A program made the position numbers and the translations under genes. The notes under the pieces are model-generated. The model searched no databases. It was not told the origin of the DNA and saw only the letters and a list, made by a program, of their open reading frames with translations. This document shows, in pieces, positions 17,694 through 29,600 of a DNA stretch of 64,000 nt. This stretch comes from an uncultured Spirochaetota bacterium. Lineage in GTDB: Bacteria; Spirochaetota; Spirochaetia; SZUA-6; Fen-1364. The number at the start of each line of letters is the position of its first letter. Position 1 is the first letter of the stretch. Location: NCBI GenBank assembly GCA_963845535.1, contig CAWJSK010000023.1:64001-128000 (forward strand), given 5' to 3'.

Positions 17694-19982
17694 TGGAGCG
17701 ACCCCCGTCTGCTTTTTCGTGAGCGAGGAAAGACCGAACATCCGTTTCATTCTTCCGGGATTGGCTTCGTGCAGCGGAGCATGTCCCGCGCCAAGACTGC
17801 GCACATGGCGGAGGAAGCCGGGCAAACGCTTGCGAAACGAGCTCCAATCCTTCCTCGAAGCCGGAGACCAACCCGTTTCCGCGCAGGCGCACAGGCGGGG
17901 AAACACCTGGTACCACAGCCTTTGGGGCGTGGGAACCATTTCCGTCCAGAGCGGGGCTTCCAACCCCACCGTCCGTTTTGCGCTTTCCTCATCCAGCCCG
18001 GGAAGGACCGGATCATAGCGATACGCCCGGTCAAGCGGCGTCAAGGAATGCGCATGATCGAGATAGCAGTCCCAGTAGGAGGAGCCGATCACCTCCCGTC
18101 CTTTTCGCATGGACGCCATCAGCTCGTCTTCGTGCCCGCGCCAGAACTGGAGCCTTACCCCGGGATCAAGCCGAGGGCCAAGGGCATCGTTCCACGCAAC
18201 AGTGCCTTTTCCTTTCGTGCGGAGGAAAGCGGCCATGCGATTAAGCATCCATGTCTGGAGGCCGGAAAAGTCGTCGAGCCCGAGGCTTTTCAAACGGGCG
18301 TTGCACGCCGGGCATTCTTTCCATCGCTCCTTGGGCGCTTCGTCGCCACCGAGATGGAACCAGGGCCCCGGAAAAAGCTCCGCAAGCTCTTCCAGCACTC
18401 CTTGAAGGAACTCGAAAGTGGTTTCCTTTCCCGCGCACAGGAGCTCAGGCTGGATGCCGATGTGGTCCCAGACCGAGTACGGGCCGCCCGTGCATCCCAG
18501 CCATGGATATGAAGCGAGAGCGCTCAACGCGTGGCCGGGGAGCTCCACTTCCGGCACGATGGTGATGAACCTTTCAGATGCGTAGGAGACGATCCGGCGA
18601 ATCTCCTCCTGGGTGTAGAAGCCGGAGTGGGGGACATTATCCGGCTTCCCCCGGGGATAGCTCATTGAGCCCGCGCGTACGGAACCGATGCGCGTCAGCT
18701 CAGGGTATCGCTTGATCTCAACTCTCCATCCCTGGTCCTCGGTAAGGTGCCAGTGAAAAACGTTCAGCTTCTCCAGCGCCATGAGATCGAGGAGCCTCGT
18801 GACGGTCTCTTCGCCCTGAAAGAATCTGCCTTCATCGAGCATGAAACCGCGCCAGGAAAAGCGCGGCGCATCCTCGATTTCGACGCAAGGCGCGCCGCAC
18901 AGCTCCCCTTCGCCGCGCAGCAGTTGCCGGAACGTCTGGATGGCGTAGAAAATGCCGGCGGGCTCGGCGGCCCGCATCTCTACACGGTCGGGACGCACGG
19001 AGAGCCTGTATCCCTCGTTACCGAGGGCGCTGCGGAGTAAAGGATCAAGCTTCAGGGAAATCGGGGAGACTTCCGCCTTCAGTGCTTCACCGCTCAGGGC
19101 CGGGCGTCCCGTGGCAGTTTTCACAATGTGCTCGAGATGCCGGGCAACGCCGGCGAGCCGCGCCTCCCGAAGGATGAATGCGCCTCCCGCGGGCGCACTT
19201 CCCATGGATCCGCTTCCCATGGATCCGCTTCCGTGGAGGACAAAGAAGCCGGGCGTGAGCTCCAGCGCGCGCGGCTGGGGGATGATGGAATGACTGACGG
19301 CGGAGCCGATGCGCTTTGCAAAAACGATGGCGATGTGGCCCTCCAATCCGCGCCAGGATGTGCCAGGCCTTTGCTCGAGCATGGTGTAGCCGATTTTCCG
19401 GTAGAAAGGGAGAGCCTTGAGGTTGCGGTTCGATGTCACGAGATGGATTCCAGCGACGCCAATGCCGGACATGCGCTGTTCGAAAAGCCCCATGAGGCTT
19501 TCTCCAATGCCCATGCGCTGATACCCGGGCAGGATGTTGATGTGGAGGTGGGCCGGGTAGTCATCATAATACTTTTCCCCAATCCCTCCGCGGGCTCCCG
19601 ACCACGCGAGCGCCTGGCGGAAAGACTCCGGGTGCCTCCACCAGCTCACGAGGAACATCCTGAGCGTGATACGCCAGCGCATGCGGCGCGCGAAAAGCTT
19701 GTCATGAATCCGGGAATCCGCCGCGCCGATGATGTACCCGATCACGCGCCCGTCCGATGCGTCGAAAGCTACGAACGCGTTCTCGGCATGGTACCTGAGA
19801 TAGCATTCCGTGTTGAAAAGCGCGAAAAGCCGGCGGTAATTGAACAGCCCCCTGCCGTGGAGGTCTTCCCCGAGGAAGCCGGTCCGATGGAGAATATTGG
19901 TGACCTCGGGGCGGTCCTCTCTGCGGTACGGGCGGTATCCGATTTTTTCCTTGGGCGCGGTTATTGCTGGTTCCGGGCTCAT
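17673..19982 (-). CDS. GNAT acetyltransferase - GH20 beta-N-acetylhexosaminidase fusion
   Basis: N-terminal GNAT (YPAHLHINILPGYQRMGIG, NLKALPFYRKIGY); GH20 with IIPQP, DAPRFSWRGFMLD, FHWHLTEDQGWR and HLGGDEA. Confidence 0.88.
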   Translation of the reverse strand: MSPEPAITAPKEKIGYRPYRREDRPEVTNILHRTGFLGEDLHGRGLFNYRRLFALFNTECYLRYHAENAFVAFDASDGRVIGYIIGAADSRIHDKLFARRMRWRITLRMFLVSWWRHPESFRQALAWSGARGGIGEKYYDDYPAHLHINILPGYQRMGIGESLMGLFEQRMSGIGVAGIHLVTSNRNLKALPFYRKIGYTMLEQRPGTSWRGLEGHIAIVFAKRIGSAVSHSIIPQPRALELTPGFFVLHGSGSMGSGSMGSAPAGGAFILREARLAGVARHLEHIVKTATGRPALSGEALKAEVSPISLKLDPLLRSALGNEGYRLSVRPDRVEMRAAEPAGIFYAIQTFRQLLRGEGELCGAPCVEIEDAPRFSWRGFMLDEGRFFQGEETVTRLLDLMALEKLNVFHWHLTEDQGWRVEIKRYPELTRIGSVRAGSMSYPRGKPDNVPHSGFYTQEEIRRIVSYASERFITIVPEVELPGHALSALASYPWLGCTGGPYSVWDHIGIQPELLCAGKETTFEFLQGVLEELAELFPGPWFHLGGDEAPKERWKECPACNARLKSLGLDDFSGLQTWMLNRMAAFLRTKGKGTVAWNDALGPRLDPGVRLQFWRGHEDELMASMRKGREVIGSSYWDCYLDHAHSLTPLDRAYRYDPVLPGLDEESAKRTVGLEAPLWTEMVPTPQRLWYQVFPRLCACAETGWSPASRKDWSSFRKRLPGFLRHVRSLGAGHAPLHEANPGRMKRMFGLSSLTKKQTGVAPSDFSQD

Positions 19983-20110
19983 GCGTGCGAAAATCGTACA
20001 CCCGCCCGAGTTTTGCTGCAATCGAGAGCCTGGCGGGACTGACCTGGCCGTTTTACCAGACTATGCTCCGTAGATTTGAGGACTGGGATTTTGTATACTG
20101 TCAGTGACAA

Positions 20111-20605
20111 ATGAAATGCGAGATTTGCGGGCTGAAAGATGCCGTCATCCACATACGACAGATCCAGAAGGACCTGGTGCATGAGCTGCACATCTGCGAG
20201 GAGTGCGCGCAGGAGAAGGGGCTGATCCGTGAGGAGGAGTCCGAGCTTCCCATCGCCAACCTGCTCTCAGGGCTGCTGGAAGGCAAGGACATGACCGGAG
20301 CCGGGGACGTGAAAGAGGCCTGCCCACGCTGCGGCATGAAGGCATCCGAGTTCCGCAAGCAGGGCAAGCTCGGGTGCGCCGAGTGTTTTTCCGCGTTCCA
20401 GAAGGACGTAAAAGCCATCGTGTCCCAGATGGCGGCCCGTCCTCATCACGCGGGGAGGCTGCCCAGGTCCTTTGCCGAGCAGTCGGGCGTGGCGCTGGAG
20501 AATGACACGCTTCGCGAGGCGCTGCGGGAGGCCGTGGAGAAGGAGGACTACGAAGAGGCCGCGCGCCTGCGGGACAGGATCCGGGAGGTGGACAGCAGTG
20601 TTTGA
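20111..20605 (+). CDS. mcsA: McsA (CxxC motifs plus UVR domain)
   Basis: CEIC, CEEC, CPRC and GCAEC motifs; C-terminal EDYEEAARLRD; upstream of mcsB-clpC. Confidence 0.92.
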   Translation: MKCEICGLKDAVIHIRQIQKDLVHELHICEECAQEKGLIREEESELPIANLLSGLLEGKDMTGAGDVKEACPRCGMKASEFRKQGKLGCAECFSAFQKDVKAIVSQMAARPHHAGRLPRSFAEQSGVALENDTLREALREAVEKEDYEEAARLRDRIREVDSSV

Positions 20606-21695
20606 CTTCACCGGTCTCTCCGACATGAAAGGCTGGATGCGCGTTCCGGGAGAAGCGGTGAGCACGGAGGTGTCAGGGGACTCCCCGGGAAGCGTGGTCA
20701 TTTCCAGCCGTGTCCGCCTGGCGCGGAACCTGAAAGCCTATCCTTTTCCCGGACGCTGCCCGGCGGAGCTTGAGAAAGAGTACCGTGACAGGATCATTGC
20801 GGCGTTTCAGCGATTGCCGAACGCGCAGGATTTTGCGATAATCTATCTCGACGATCTCTCCGCGCTGGAGAGAAGGATCCTCTTCGAGAGGAACCTCATC
20901 TCCCAGGGCTTTTCGCTTGAAAAGCAGAAAGCTGTAGTCCTCAGCGCGGATGAAACCGTTGCAGGGATCATCGGGGAAGACGACCATCTTCGCCTGGTGG
21001 GCATCAGATCGGGAGCATGCCTTGAGTCGCTTCTGGGAAGGCTCGAGGTAATTGACTCGGACCTGGAGGAGTCGCTCGCTTTCGCGGTGTCGGCCGAGTG
21101 GGGATACCTCAATACGGCTATTACCAACCTCGGGACCGGCCTGAAGGCTTCCATGATGCTGCATCTGCCCGCCCTATCCATGAGCGGTCTCATCAAGAGA
21201 GCGGTCAAGGCATCCGCGCAGCTCGGTCTCTCCATACGGGGATTCTTCAGCGAGAGCATGGAATCCCTGGGAGACATGTATATCATTGCAAATGAGATCA
21301 CAATCGGGCTGGCGGAGAGGGAGATCATCGGGAATCTGGGCCGTATTGCGGTCCAGCTTGCCGGCTACGAGAACAGGACGAGAGAGGAGCTGATGGACAA
21401 GAGGCGCATCGACATCGAAGACAGGGTCTTCCGGGCGTGGGGGCTTCTGTCCTCCTGCCGTTACATAACGCACCGGGAGGCCATCGAATCCCTGTCCGCG
21501 CTCCGCCTGGGGATAGCCCTGGGCCTCATCGCGGCAATGGACGCGCCAACCATCACGGCGCTCCTCTTTCTCTCGCAGAAATCTCATATTCAGCGGGTGC
21601 TCCAGACCCAGGCGGAGCCCGTGGACACGAAGCTCATTGACTACACGCGGGCCAAGATCATCCGAGAGGCGTTGACGCAGGGAAGGGGAGGCTGA
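20598..21695 (+). CDS. mcsB: McsB-like protein arginine kinase (degenerate catalytic motifs)
   Basis: [17 protein letters not shown] and [17 protein letters not shown] motifs; synteny with mcsA and clpC. Confidence 0.88.
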   Translation: MFDFTGLSDMKGWMRVPGEAVSTEVSGDSPGSVVISSRVRLARNLKAYPFPGRCPAELEKEYRDRIIAAFQRLPNAQDFAIIYLDDLSALERRILFERNLISQGFSLEKQKAVVLSADETVAGIIGEDDHLRLVGIRSGACLESLLGRLEVIDSDLEESLAFAVSAEWGYLNTAITNLGTGLKASMMLHLPALSMSGLIKRAVKASAQLGLSIRGFFSESMESLGDMYIIANEITIGLAEREIIGNLGRIAVQLAGYENRTREELMDKRRIDIEDRVFRAWGLLSSCRYITHREAIESLSALRLGIALGLIAAMDAPTITALLFLSQKSHIQRVLQTQAEPVDTKLIDYTRAKIIREALTQGRGG

Positions 21696-21699
21696 CGTC

Positions 21700-24228
21700 A
21701 TGTTCAAGGGACTTACGCAGCGGGCACAGAAGGTTCTCACCATCCTGGCGCAGGAGGAAGCCAAGCGCTTCCATTCGGACCAGCTCCTGCCGGAGCATAT
21801 CATCCTTGCACTCCTGAAGGACGGAGAGGGCGTTGCGGTCAAGGCTCTCCAGCGGATCAAGGTGAATATCGCGGAGATGCAGTCCGAGATCGAGAAGAGC
21901 CTTCCGAAGGGGAAAGGCGGGCTCATCCTGGGGGATGTTCCGCCGTCCAAGCGCGGGCAGAAAATCCTCGAGGATTCCGCGGAAGAGGCCCGCAACATGG
22001 GCCATGAATACATCGGAACCGAGCACCTTCTCCTGGCTTCCGTGAAGGAGCAGGGCAGCATTGTGGCGCGCTATCTGGCGCGCTATAACATCACTCCGAA
22101 CGGTCTGCGGGAGGCAATCCTCCAGATCAGCGGAACCGGTGACTACAAGGCCGGGCAATCGCTCACCGGCAAGAAAAAGGCGCAGGCTCCCACGAAGAAA
22201 CCCACTCCCACCCTGGACGAGTTCGGCAGGGATCTCACGGCCTTCGCGCGTGAGAACAAGCTGGACCCGGTGATCGGCAGGGAGAAAGAGATCCAGAGGG
22301 TCATTCAAATCCTCGCCCGGCGCACGAAGAACAACCCCGTGCTCATTGGAGAGCCAGGGGTCGGGAAGACCGCCATCGTCGAAGGGCTTGCGCAGAAGAT
22401 CGTGGACGGCACCGTGCCGGAGGTGCTCATTGGCAAGAGGGTGCTCACGCTGGACCTCGCGTCGCTCGTTGCCGGCACGAAGTACCGCGGTGAGTTCGAG
22501 GAGCGCCTCAAGAGGGTCATGAAAGAGATCCTCACCGCGGGCAATGTGGTGCTCTTTATTGACGAGCTGCACACCATCATCGGGGCAGGCGGGGCCGAAG
22601 GCGCAATCGACGCCTCCAACATGCTGAAGCCGGCACTCTCACGCGGAGAGCTTCAGTGCATTGGCGCAACGACCCTCAACGAATACAAGAAGCACATAGA
22701 GAAAGACGCCGCGCTGGAGAGGCGTTTCCAGCCCATCTACGTGAGTGAACCCTCGGTGGATGAAACCGTTGAAATCCTGAAAGGGATCAAGAAGAACTAT
22801 GAGGAGCACCACCACGTCACCTATACTCCCGCGGCAATCGAGGCAGCCTCCACGCTCTCCCGCCGCTACATAACGGAGCGCTACCTTCCTGACAAGGCCA
22901 TCGACCTCATTGACGAATCGGGGTCCCGCAGGCGCATCAGGAACTCCATCCGTCCGCGGGAGCTCGCGGACCTGGAAAAGGAGATCGAACGGCTCAACGC
23001 GGAGAAGACGAACCTCGTCAACACGCAGAACTACGAGAAGGCCGCCGCGGTGCGCGACATGGTGCGCCAGCTCAAGGTCAAGGTGGACGACATCAAGAAG
23101 ACGTGGGAAAGCACCATCGCGGTGGAAGAGAACGTCGTGGACGTGGAGGACATCCAGCAGGTGATCTCCGACATGACGGGGATCCCGCTTTCGCGCATCG
23201 TGCAGAGCGAATCGGAGAAGCTGCTCCATATCGAGGAAGAGCTGCACAAGAAGGTGATCGGACAGGAAGAGGCCATCTCCGTCATTGCCTCCGCCATCCG
23301 CCGGTCCCGCACGGGCCTCTCCTCGGCGCGCAGGCCGCTGGGCTCGTTCGTTTTCCTGGGACCCACGGGGGTGGGGAAGACACTCGTGGCCAAGACGCTG
23401 GCGGAGTTCCTTTTCGGAGACCCTGACGCGCTGGTCCGCATCGACATGTCGGACTTCATGGAGAAGCACAACGTGTCGCGGCTCGTCGGAGCGCCTCCGG
23501 GGTACGTGGGATATGAAGAGGGCGGGCTGCTGACGGAGAAGATCCGCAGGAGGCCGTTCAGCGTCATCCTTCTGGATGAGATCGAGAAGGCGCACCCGGA
23601 CGTGTTCAACATCCTTCTGCAAGTCCTTGAAGAGGGACAGCTTTCCGACAACCTCGGGCACTCGGTGTCCTTCCGCAATTCTGTCATGATCATGACCTCC
23701 AACCTCGGAGCCCGGGAGATCAACAAGGATTCCACGCTCGGGTTCCAGTCCGAAGAGGGCGGGATGAACTTCAAGGACATCCGCAACTTCGTAATGGCGG
23801 AAGTGAAGCGGGCGTTCAACCCAGAGTTCATCAACAGGATCGATGAGATCGTCGTTTTCCATAACCTCGACAGGACGCACCTGGGCCAGATATTCGACCT
23901 CATGGTGAAAGAGATTTCGGAACGCCTGGTCGAGCAGAAGATCACGATCTCCGTGAAGAAAAAGGCGCGCGAATATCTGATCGAGAAGGGCTTTGATGAG
24001 AAGTTCGGCGCCCGCCCGCTGCGCCGCCTGTTGCAGAAAGAGGTGGAGGATCCGCTCTCTCTGGAGATCCTCCGAGGGAAGTTCCAGGCGGGAGACGCCA
24101 TTGACATCGACATTCGTGCGGAGAAGGTCACCTTCAAGAAGCAGGAGCCGCGCAATGTGCTGCCGCTCACGCCTCAGCCCGCCGGCCTCCTGCCGGGAGA
24201 AAAGGAGCCTGAAAAGGTCACCACGTGA
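21700..24228 (+). CDS. clpC: ATP-dependent Clp protease ATPase subunit ClpC
   Basis: Clp N repeats, GEPGVGKT and GPTGVGKT Walker A motifs, short UVR middle domain, LGF ClpP-binding loop. Confidence 0.96.
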   Translation: MFKGLTQRAQKVLTILAQEEAKRFHSDQLLPEHIILALLKDGEGVAVKALQRIKVNIAEMQSEIEKSLPKGKGGLILGDVPPSKRGQKILEDSAEEARNMGHEYIGTEHLLLASVKEQGSIVARYLARYNITPNGLREAILQISGTGDYKAGQSLTGKKKAQAPTKKPTPTLDEFGRDLTAFARENKLDPVIGREKEIQRVIQILARRTKNNPVLIGEPGVGKTAIVEGLAQKIVDGTVPEVLIGKRVLTLDLASLVAGTKYRGEFEERLKRVMKEILTAGNVVLFIDELHTIIGAGGAEGAIDASNMLKPALSRGELQCIGATTLNEYKKHIEKDAALERRFQPIYVSEPSVDETVEILKGIKKNYEEHHHVTYTPAAIEAASTLSRRYITERYLPDKAIDLIDESGSRRRIRNSIRPRELADLEKEIERLNAEKTNLVNTQNYEKAAAVRDMVRQLKVKVDDIKKTWESTIAVEENVVDVEDIQQVISDMTGIPLSRIVQSESEKLLHIEEELHKKVIGQEEAISVIASAIRRSRTGLSSARRPLGSFVFLGPTGVGKTLVAKTLAEFLFGDPDALVRIDMSDFMEKHNVSRLVGAPPGYVGYEEGGLLTEKIRRRPFSVILLDEIEKAHPDVFNILLQVLEEGQLSDNLGHSVSFRNSVMIMTSNLGAREINKDSTLGFQSEEGGMNFKDIRNFVMAEVKRAFNPEFINRIDEIVVFHNLDRTHLGQIFDLMVKEISERLVEQKITISVKKKAREYLIEKGFDEKFGARPLRRLLQKEVEDPLSLEILRGKFQAGDAIDIDIRAEKVTFKKQEPRNVLPLTPQPAGLLPGEKEPEKVTT

Positions 24229-24405
24229 GCCCCGGCACGCAGTCGGGGCCTCGTGGCTGAGGCCCGGCAACTACGAGAAAGCGTTGACGCGATGACGCAA
24301 TGTCTGCGGATCGCATAGCTGTTCCCTGCCCATACCGATCTCGGAGCCGAATTGCCCCCCCTCGCTGAAAGCCGCGCGCCAGGTGTTGGCGGTATATTTC
24401 TCCGT

Positions 24406-24987
24406 ATGGAGGGGATCGCGCTCGGGGCGGCTTCTTTCTGCGTCATCTTCTGGGTGGACGTGCTTTCGTTGAAAGGGATGCGCGCCGTGCAGCCCATCGT
24501 GTGGATTTCCAGTACCGCCCTGTTTGCCGCCGGGCTCGTACTGTGCCTTGAGCATCCCGGCAGCCTCTCTCTGCCCGTGCCGGTGCGCGCCCTCGGGTGG
24601 GCACTGACCATCGCGTTCGGCTTGCTGCTTATCTACTCCTTGTTTGTCGAAATCCCGCTGTTTCAGGCGCCTTCGAAAGTGGTATCCCGCGGCACGTATG
24701 CCTTGTGCCGTCATCCCGGGGTGCTCTGGTTCTCCGCAATGCTGGCGGCGCTTTTCCTGGCCCGCGGTTCAACGTGGCTGCTCCTGGCGGCGCCGGTCTG
24801 GATTTCACTCGATGTCCTGTATGCCGTGCTGCAGGAGAGACTTTTCTTCGTCCGCCTGTTCGGCGCGGGGTACCGTTCGTATCAGCGGGAAGTCCCAATG
24901 TTCCTCCCGACCTCCCGAAGCGCGCGCGAATGCGCTCGGACGATCTTTCGCGGCGAAAGCGGGGGAGAAATGAACGTGAAGAGGTGA
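24406..24987 (+). CDS. ICMT/PEMT-like integral membrane methyltransferase
   Basis: Several TMs; VVSRGTYALCRHPG and LQE...RLFGAGYRSYQREVPMFLP motifs. Confidence 0.8.
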   Translation: MEGIALGAASFCVIFWVDVLSLKGMRAVQPIVWISSTALFAAGLVLCLEHPGSLSLPVPVRALGWALTIAFGLLLIYSLFVEIPLFQAPSKVVSRGTYALCRHPGVLWFSAMLAALFLARGSTWLLLAAPVWISLDVLYAVLQERLFFVRLFGAGYRSYQREVPMFLPTSRSARECARTIFRGESGGEMNVKR

Positions 24988-24993
24988 ACGCGG

Positions 24994-26610
24994 ATGGAAA
25001 CGTTGCTGGAGATGCATCGCCGCGGAGACAGGGAGGGAATCTGGAAACGCTACTGCGGGTTTCTGGAGCTCACCGTGGAGGAGTTCAACGCCACCCAGGC
25101 GCGGCTTCTGGAAGAGCAGCTTGGGAAGTGGAAGACCAGCGCGCTCGTGAAGAGGATCCTGGGTGACCCGCTGCCGAGAACCGAGGAAGAGTTTCGCGCC
25201 CGGGCGCCCATAACCACGTACGAGGACTACGCGGGGAGCCTTTTGTCCCGAACGGACAAGGACCTTCCTGGCCCCACGCACACGTGGGTCCACACGTCCG
25301 GCAAGAGCGCCGAATACGAGTTCAAGTGGGTGCCGTACACCCAGGCGATGTACGACAATCTTTCCGACTGCACCCTTGCGTCGTTCATCCTCGGACCGTG
25401 CCGCGAGCGTGGGCATATCGCCCTGCGGGAAGGGGACCGGTTGATGTTTTCCCTGGCCCCCGCTCCGTACGTCTCAGGCCTGTGCATGCAGGCCCTGCGC
25501 GAGCAGTTCAACTTCACGATCTGGCCTGAGTACGAGAAAGCCTTGAAGATGGACTTCTTCGACAGGACCCGTGAAGGGATACGGCTCGCATTCTCCGAGG
25601 GCATCGACTACTTCTACGGGATCACCTCGATCATGCTCAATATCAGCGAGCAGCTTGAACAGGCAGGAAAGCGGGGGAAAGGCGGGCAGGCGGACGGCCT
25701 TCTGCGCCAGCCGAAGGCCGTCCTGCGCCTCCTGAAAGGAATGCTGAAGGCCAGGCTCCGGGGCGGACCACTGCGGCCTCGGGATCTTTGGAACGTGAAG
25801 GGGATCATGTGCTCGGGGATGGATACGGCCATCTACCGTGACAGGATCCGCGCGATGTGGGGGGAGTATCCGTGGGAAGTCTATGGCTGCACGGAGCTCG
25901 CGTTCATCGGGTTCCAGCATTACGCCGGCCCGGGGCTCGTCCTCAGGGACCGGAGCTGCTACGTCGAGTTCATGGAGCTGGAGCACTACGCCCGTTGGAA
26001 GGAGGACCGCACGCAGCGGCCACCCCTGCGGAGGCTGTCCGAGTTGGAGGCGGGAAAGGAGTACGTGCTCGTGGGGACGAGCTTCCACGGCGGCGTCTTC
26101 GTCCGCTATGTCCCCGGAGATTCCCTGAAGGTCGCTTCCCTGGCGGATGAGAGCCTGGACCTCAAGCTCCCGCGGTTCATGTTTTCCTCGCGCATAGACG
26201 ACGTGATCGACATTGCCGGTTTCACGCGTCTTTCGGAGAAGGTGATCTGGTCCGCCATCGAGAAGTCAGGGATCGACTATGTGGACTGGGTGGTGGCCAA
26301 GGAATACCGCAACGAGAACCCTGTGCTGCACCTCTACCTGGAGACGCGCACGGATAGGTATGACCCGCTTCGCGTGCGGGAGCTGATCCATGAGCAGCTC
26401 ACGCGCATCGACGAGCCGTACCGCGACCTGGAACAGATGGCGGGGATCAAGCCTCTTGTCGTCACCCTTCTGACGCGGAGCACGTTTGCCCGCTACCAGA
26501 AGGAGAGGCAGGCGGCCGGATCCGATCTTGCGCATTCCAAGCCGCAGCACATGAACCCGGGTCCCGAGGTGGTGTCCCGGCTTTTGGCAATGAGCGCTTT
26601 GGAGATATAG
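24994..26610 (+). CDS. GH3 (auxin-responsive promoter family) adenylate-forming amido ligase
   Basis: FRARAPITTYEDY; motif I TSGKS...KWVP, motif II YGCTE, motif III RYVPGD. Confidence 0.85.
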   Translation: METLLEMHRRGDREGIWKRYCGFLELTVEEFNATQARLLEEQLGKWKTSALVKRILGDPLPRTEEEFRARAPITTYEDYAGSLLSRTDKDLPGPTHTWVHTSGKSAEYEFKWVPYTQAMYDNLSDCTLASFILGPCRERGHIALREGDRLMFSLAPAPYVSGLCMQALREQFNFTIWPEYEKALKMDFFDRTREGIRLAFSEGIDYFYGITSIMLNISEQLEQAGKRGKGGQADGLLRQPKAVLRLLKGMLKARLRGGPLRPRDLWNVKGIMCSGMDTAIYRDRIRAMWGEYPWEVYGCTELAFIGFQHYAGPGLVLRDRSCYVEFMELEHYARWKEDRTQRPPLRRLSELEAGKEYVLVGTSFHGGVFVRYVPGDSLKVASLADESLDLKLPRFMFSSRIDDVIDIAGFTRLSEKVIWSAIEKSGIDYVDWVVAKEYRNENPVLHLYLETRTDRYDPLRVRELIHEQLTRIDEPYRDLEQMAGIKPLVVTLLTRSTFARYQKERQAAGSDLAHSKPQHMNPGPEVVSRLLAMSALEI

Positions 26611-26668
26611 TCTCTCCGGCGCACAGGGGGATTCGGTTCGAATGCAGGGCTCATAAGGATAACCGCGG

Positions 26669-29600
26669 ATGCTTGTGTACGCAGCAACAATCAAGTTTCT
26701 CGCGTTGATAGGATACGTGGTTCTTCTCTTCGTCTGCCTGCGCAGCCGGGTGGCTCCGTCGCTGAAGCTGCACTTCGCCCTCTACCTCCTGGGGCTCGGC
26801 TTCTGGCAGCTCACGTCGCTCGTCCTGACGGTCACCTCCAGCCCGCGGGCCGCGCTGTTCTGGTACAACATGGAGGTCTCCAGCCTCGGGCTTCAGAGCG
26901 TGATCTTCCTTCCGCTGACGCGGACTTTCCTCCAGATCAGGAGCCGCCCGGGGATATCGATTGCGGCATACGTGATGTGCGTGGCCGTCGTGATGGCTGG
27001 AGTGCTCGGCATTTCATTTTCCGGCGTGGTGTTGGGCGGGTCCGGATACTTCATTCCCACCCTGGCTCCCGCGGCATATGGAGTGAGCTTCGTTGGATAC
27101 TTCTTCTGGATATGGGGCGTCTCCGCGCTCGTTGCCGGGCTTCGCAGGGAGCGCCTCCGACTGCAGCGAAACCGGATCCAGTACGTGCTCCTTGGCGCGC
27201 TGACCGTCATGGCGGGGATAGCCACGAACTATACGTCACTTCAGGCGTACCCCGTGGATACCGTCTGCGCGCTCATCAACGCGGTGCTTGTGGCGTATTC
27301 CGTGACGCGCTACCGGCTTGTCGACACGGGGTTGGTCCTGCGGAGGGCGCTCACCATCATGCTGCTGGCCGTCATCGGCATTGGCGGCTACATCCTCTTC
27401 TCCTATGTGGCGGGGCTTGTCGCTCAACCCGCGGGCCGGTGGGAGTTCAGCGTGCCCGGGCTCGTCGGGTTCATCATCCTTTTCTCTCTGTTCATCCTCC
27501 TGGGGTGGAAATCCGTCAAGCCGCTCATCGACCGGATTGCCGGCAGGCGCACCCTCAGCTACGACCGCGTGCTGGAGCAGTTCAGCCAGGCCGCGCGCTC
27601 GGAGCTGGAGATCGGGAAGCTGAAAAGCCTCGTGGTGCAGACGGCGGTCGACGCCGTGGGAGCCGAACGGGGCTGCCTCCTGTCCGGCCGCGGGCCCTCG
27701 GATGACTACACGGCGGACAGCGTCTTCGGTTCATGGCCCGCCGAGCTCAACGGGTTCTCCGTGAAGTCCTCCGACGATTTCGTTCGGGCGTTGAAAGGCC
27801 GCAAGTTTCCCCTCTGGGAACAGGAGCTCGCTCTCAACCCCGGCCTGGCCTACCTGAGGCCCCTCTGCGAGCCTTTCTTTCAGGTCACGGGAACCTCCGT
27901 GGCCATCCCCGTGATCCAGGAGGAATCGCTCCAGGGCATCCTGTGCCTGGGAAACAGGGTCTCCGACGGCTTGTACGGGACCGAGGATCTCCGCTTCCTG
28001 TCCACGCTTGCCAACGTGGCGGCGTCAACGTTCGCCGTTGCGTTGAACTATCGAGAGATCCGTCGACAGCTTTCCATCCAGACTTTCCTTTTCGTTCTCA
28101 GCGAATCGCTCGTGCGCTTTGCAGGATCCGAGGAGGCCATCCGTACGGCCCTTGGGGTCCTGCGGGATTTCCTGGGAGTCGAGGACTGCTTCGTGCTCGC
28201 GCTGGGCAGGGCTGGGGAGGTGCGCGTGCACTCCATCCGTGAGCCTGCGCCGCGCCTCGAGGAACAGCTCACGTGGGTGGGCGCGTCGTTGGCGGCCGGC
28301 AAAGGGAAACGCCGCAGCGACCCTCGCTTCGCGGAGGCGCTGGACGCCTCGGGCATGGAGCTGATGGATCACCATCCCGGGACATCGCTCGTCAGCTCCC
28401 TCACGTATCTGCCCCTTTCAAGCGGCGGGGAGTTGATGGGCTTCCTGGCGCTGACGGGGCGCAGAGGTGACGGCGCGGGCCGTGAGGACAGCGCGTTTTC
28501 CGGGGCGTTCCGTGCCATTCTTTCCCAGGGCCTTCTTTCCCTTCGGCACGTATCAGAGCTTCGGGCGCTGAAGGAACGGTATCAGTCGCTTTTCGAAAGC
28601 GTGCTGGACGCCGTGATAACGTTTTCTGAGGACGGCCGGCTGATCGACACCAACCCGGCGGGAAGGGAGCTTTTCGGGATCAGCACCGGGGAGGGCGGAG
28701 ACTGGAACCTGTCCCGCAACTGCCGCCTCCAGCCGGAGGAGTTCTCGGCGCTTCAGACGGAGCTGGCAGAGCGCGGGAGCATCCGGGACTTCGAGATGCA
28801 TCTTCAGGGTCCGCCGGGCGGCGCGCGGACGGTGCTTTTCAGCGGCGGCGTGGACGACAGGTCGCCAAGCAGCCAGCGCGTGGTCCACGGCATCCTGCGG
28901 GACGTGACGGAGCAGCGGGAGCTGCAGCGCCAGCTCCTCCAGGCGCAGAAGATGGAAAGCATCGGGACAATGGCCGGTGGGATTGCCCATGATTTCAACA
29001 ACATCCTGACCGCGGCCATCGGTTACGCAAAGCTCATTCGGGAGGACATCGCGGATCCGGACTCCGTCCTTTCCCACCTCCGGATCGTCGAATCGAGCAT
29101 GCACAGGGCAACCGACCTGACGCGACGCCTCCTGTCGTTTGCCCGGGAAGGCATCGTGGACCGCAGGCCGGTGAGGATCAACGACATCGTGCTGGAGACC
29201 GTCCAGCTCCTGCGCCGAAGCCTGGACCTTTCCATCGACGTCAGGACCGAATGCCAGCCGGAGCTTCCGGCAATCATGGGTGACCACGGCCAGATCCACC
29301 AGATGCTCATGAACCTCTGCGTCAACGCCGGGGACGCAATGCCGCACGGAGGCGTCCTCAGCCTGAAAACGCGGCTGAAGGAGAGCTTCGGGTCTCGGGA
29401 AGGGCCGGCGGCCGGGGCGCAGGAAAAGCGGCGCGTGCTTCTGGAGGTCAGCGACACCGGGACGGGCATCGAGGCCGGCCATCTTCCGAGGATTTTCGAT
29501 CCTTTCTTCACCACCAAGGGACCGGGCAAAGGGACAGGGCTGGGACTGTCGATCGTGTATGGAATCGTCCAGAGGCACGGCGGCCGCATTGAGGTGTCCA

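Noticed and set aside
22639..24270. Long antisense ORFs over clpC (also over M16C, lon and the kinase)
   Set aside because: Typical stop-poor shadow frames of high-GC coding DNA, with no recognisable motifs.
24229..24400. Riboswitch or sRNA between clpC and the methyltransferase
   Set aside because: Two overlapping GC hairpins (24229-24249 and 24246-24265) lack a U-tract and match no RNA family I recognise. A covariance-model search would be needed.
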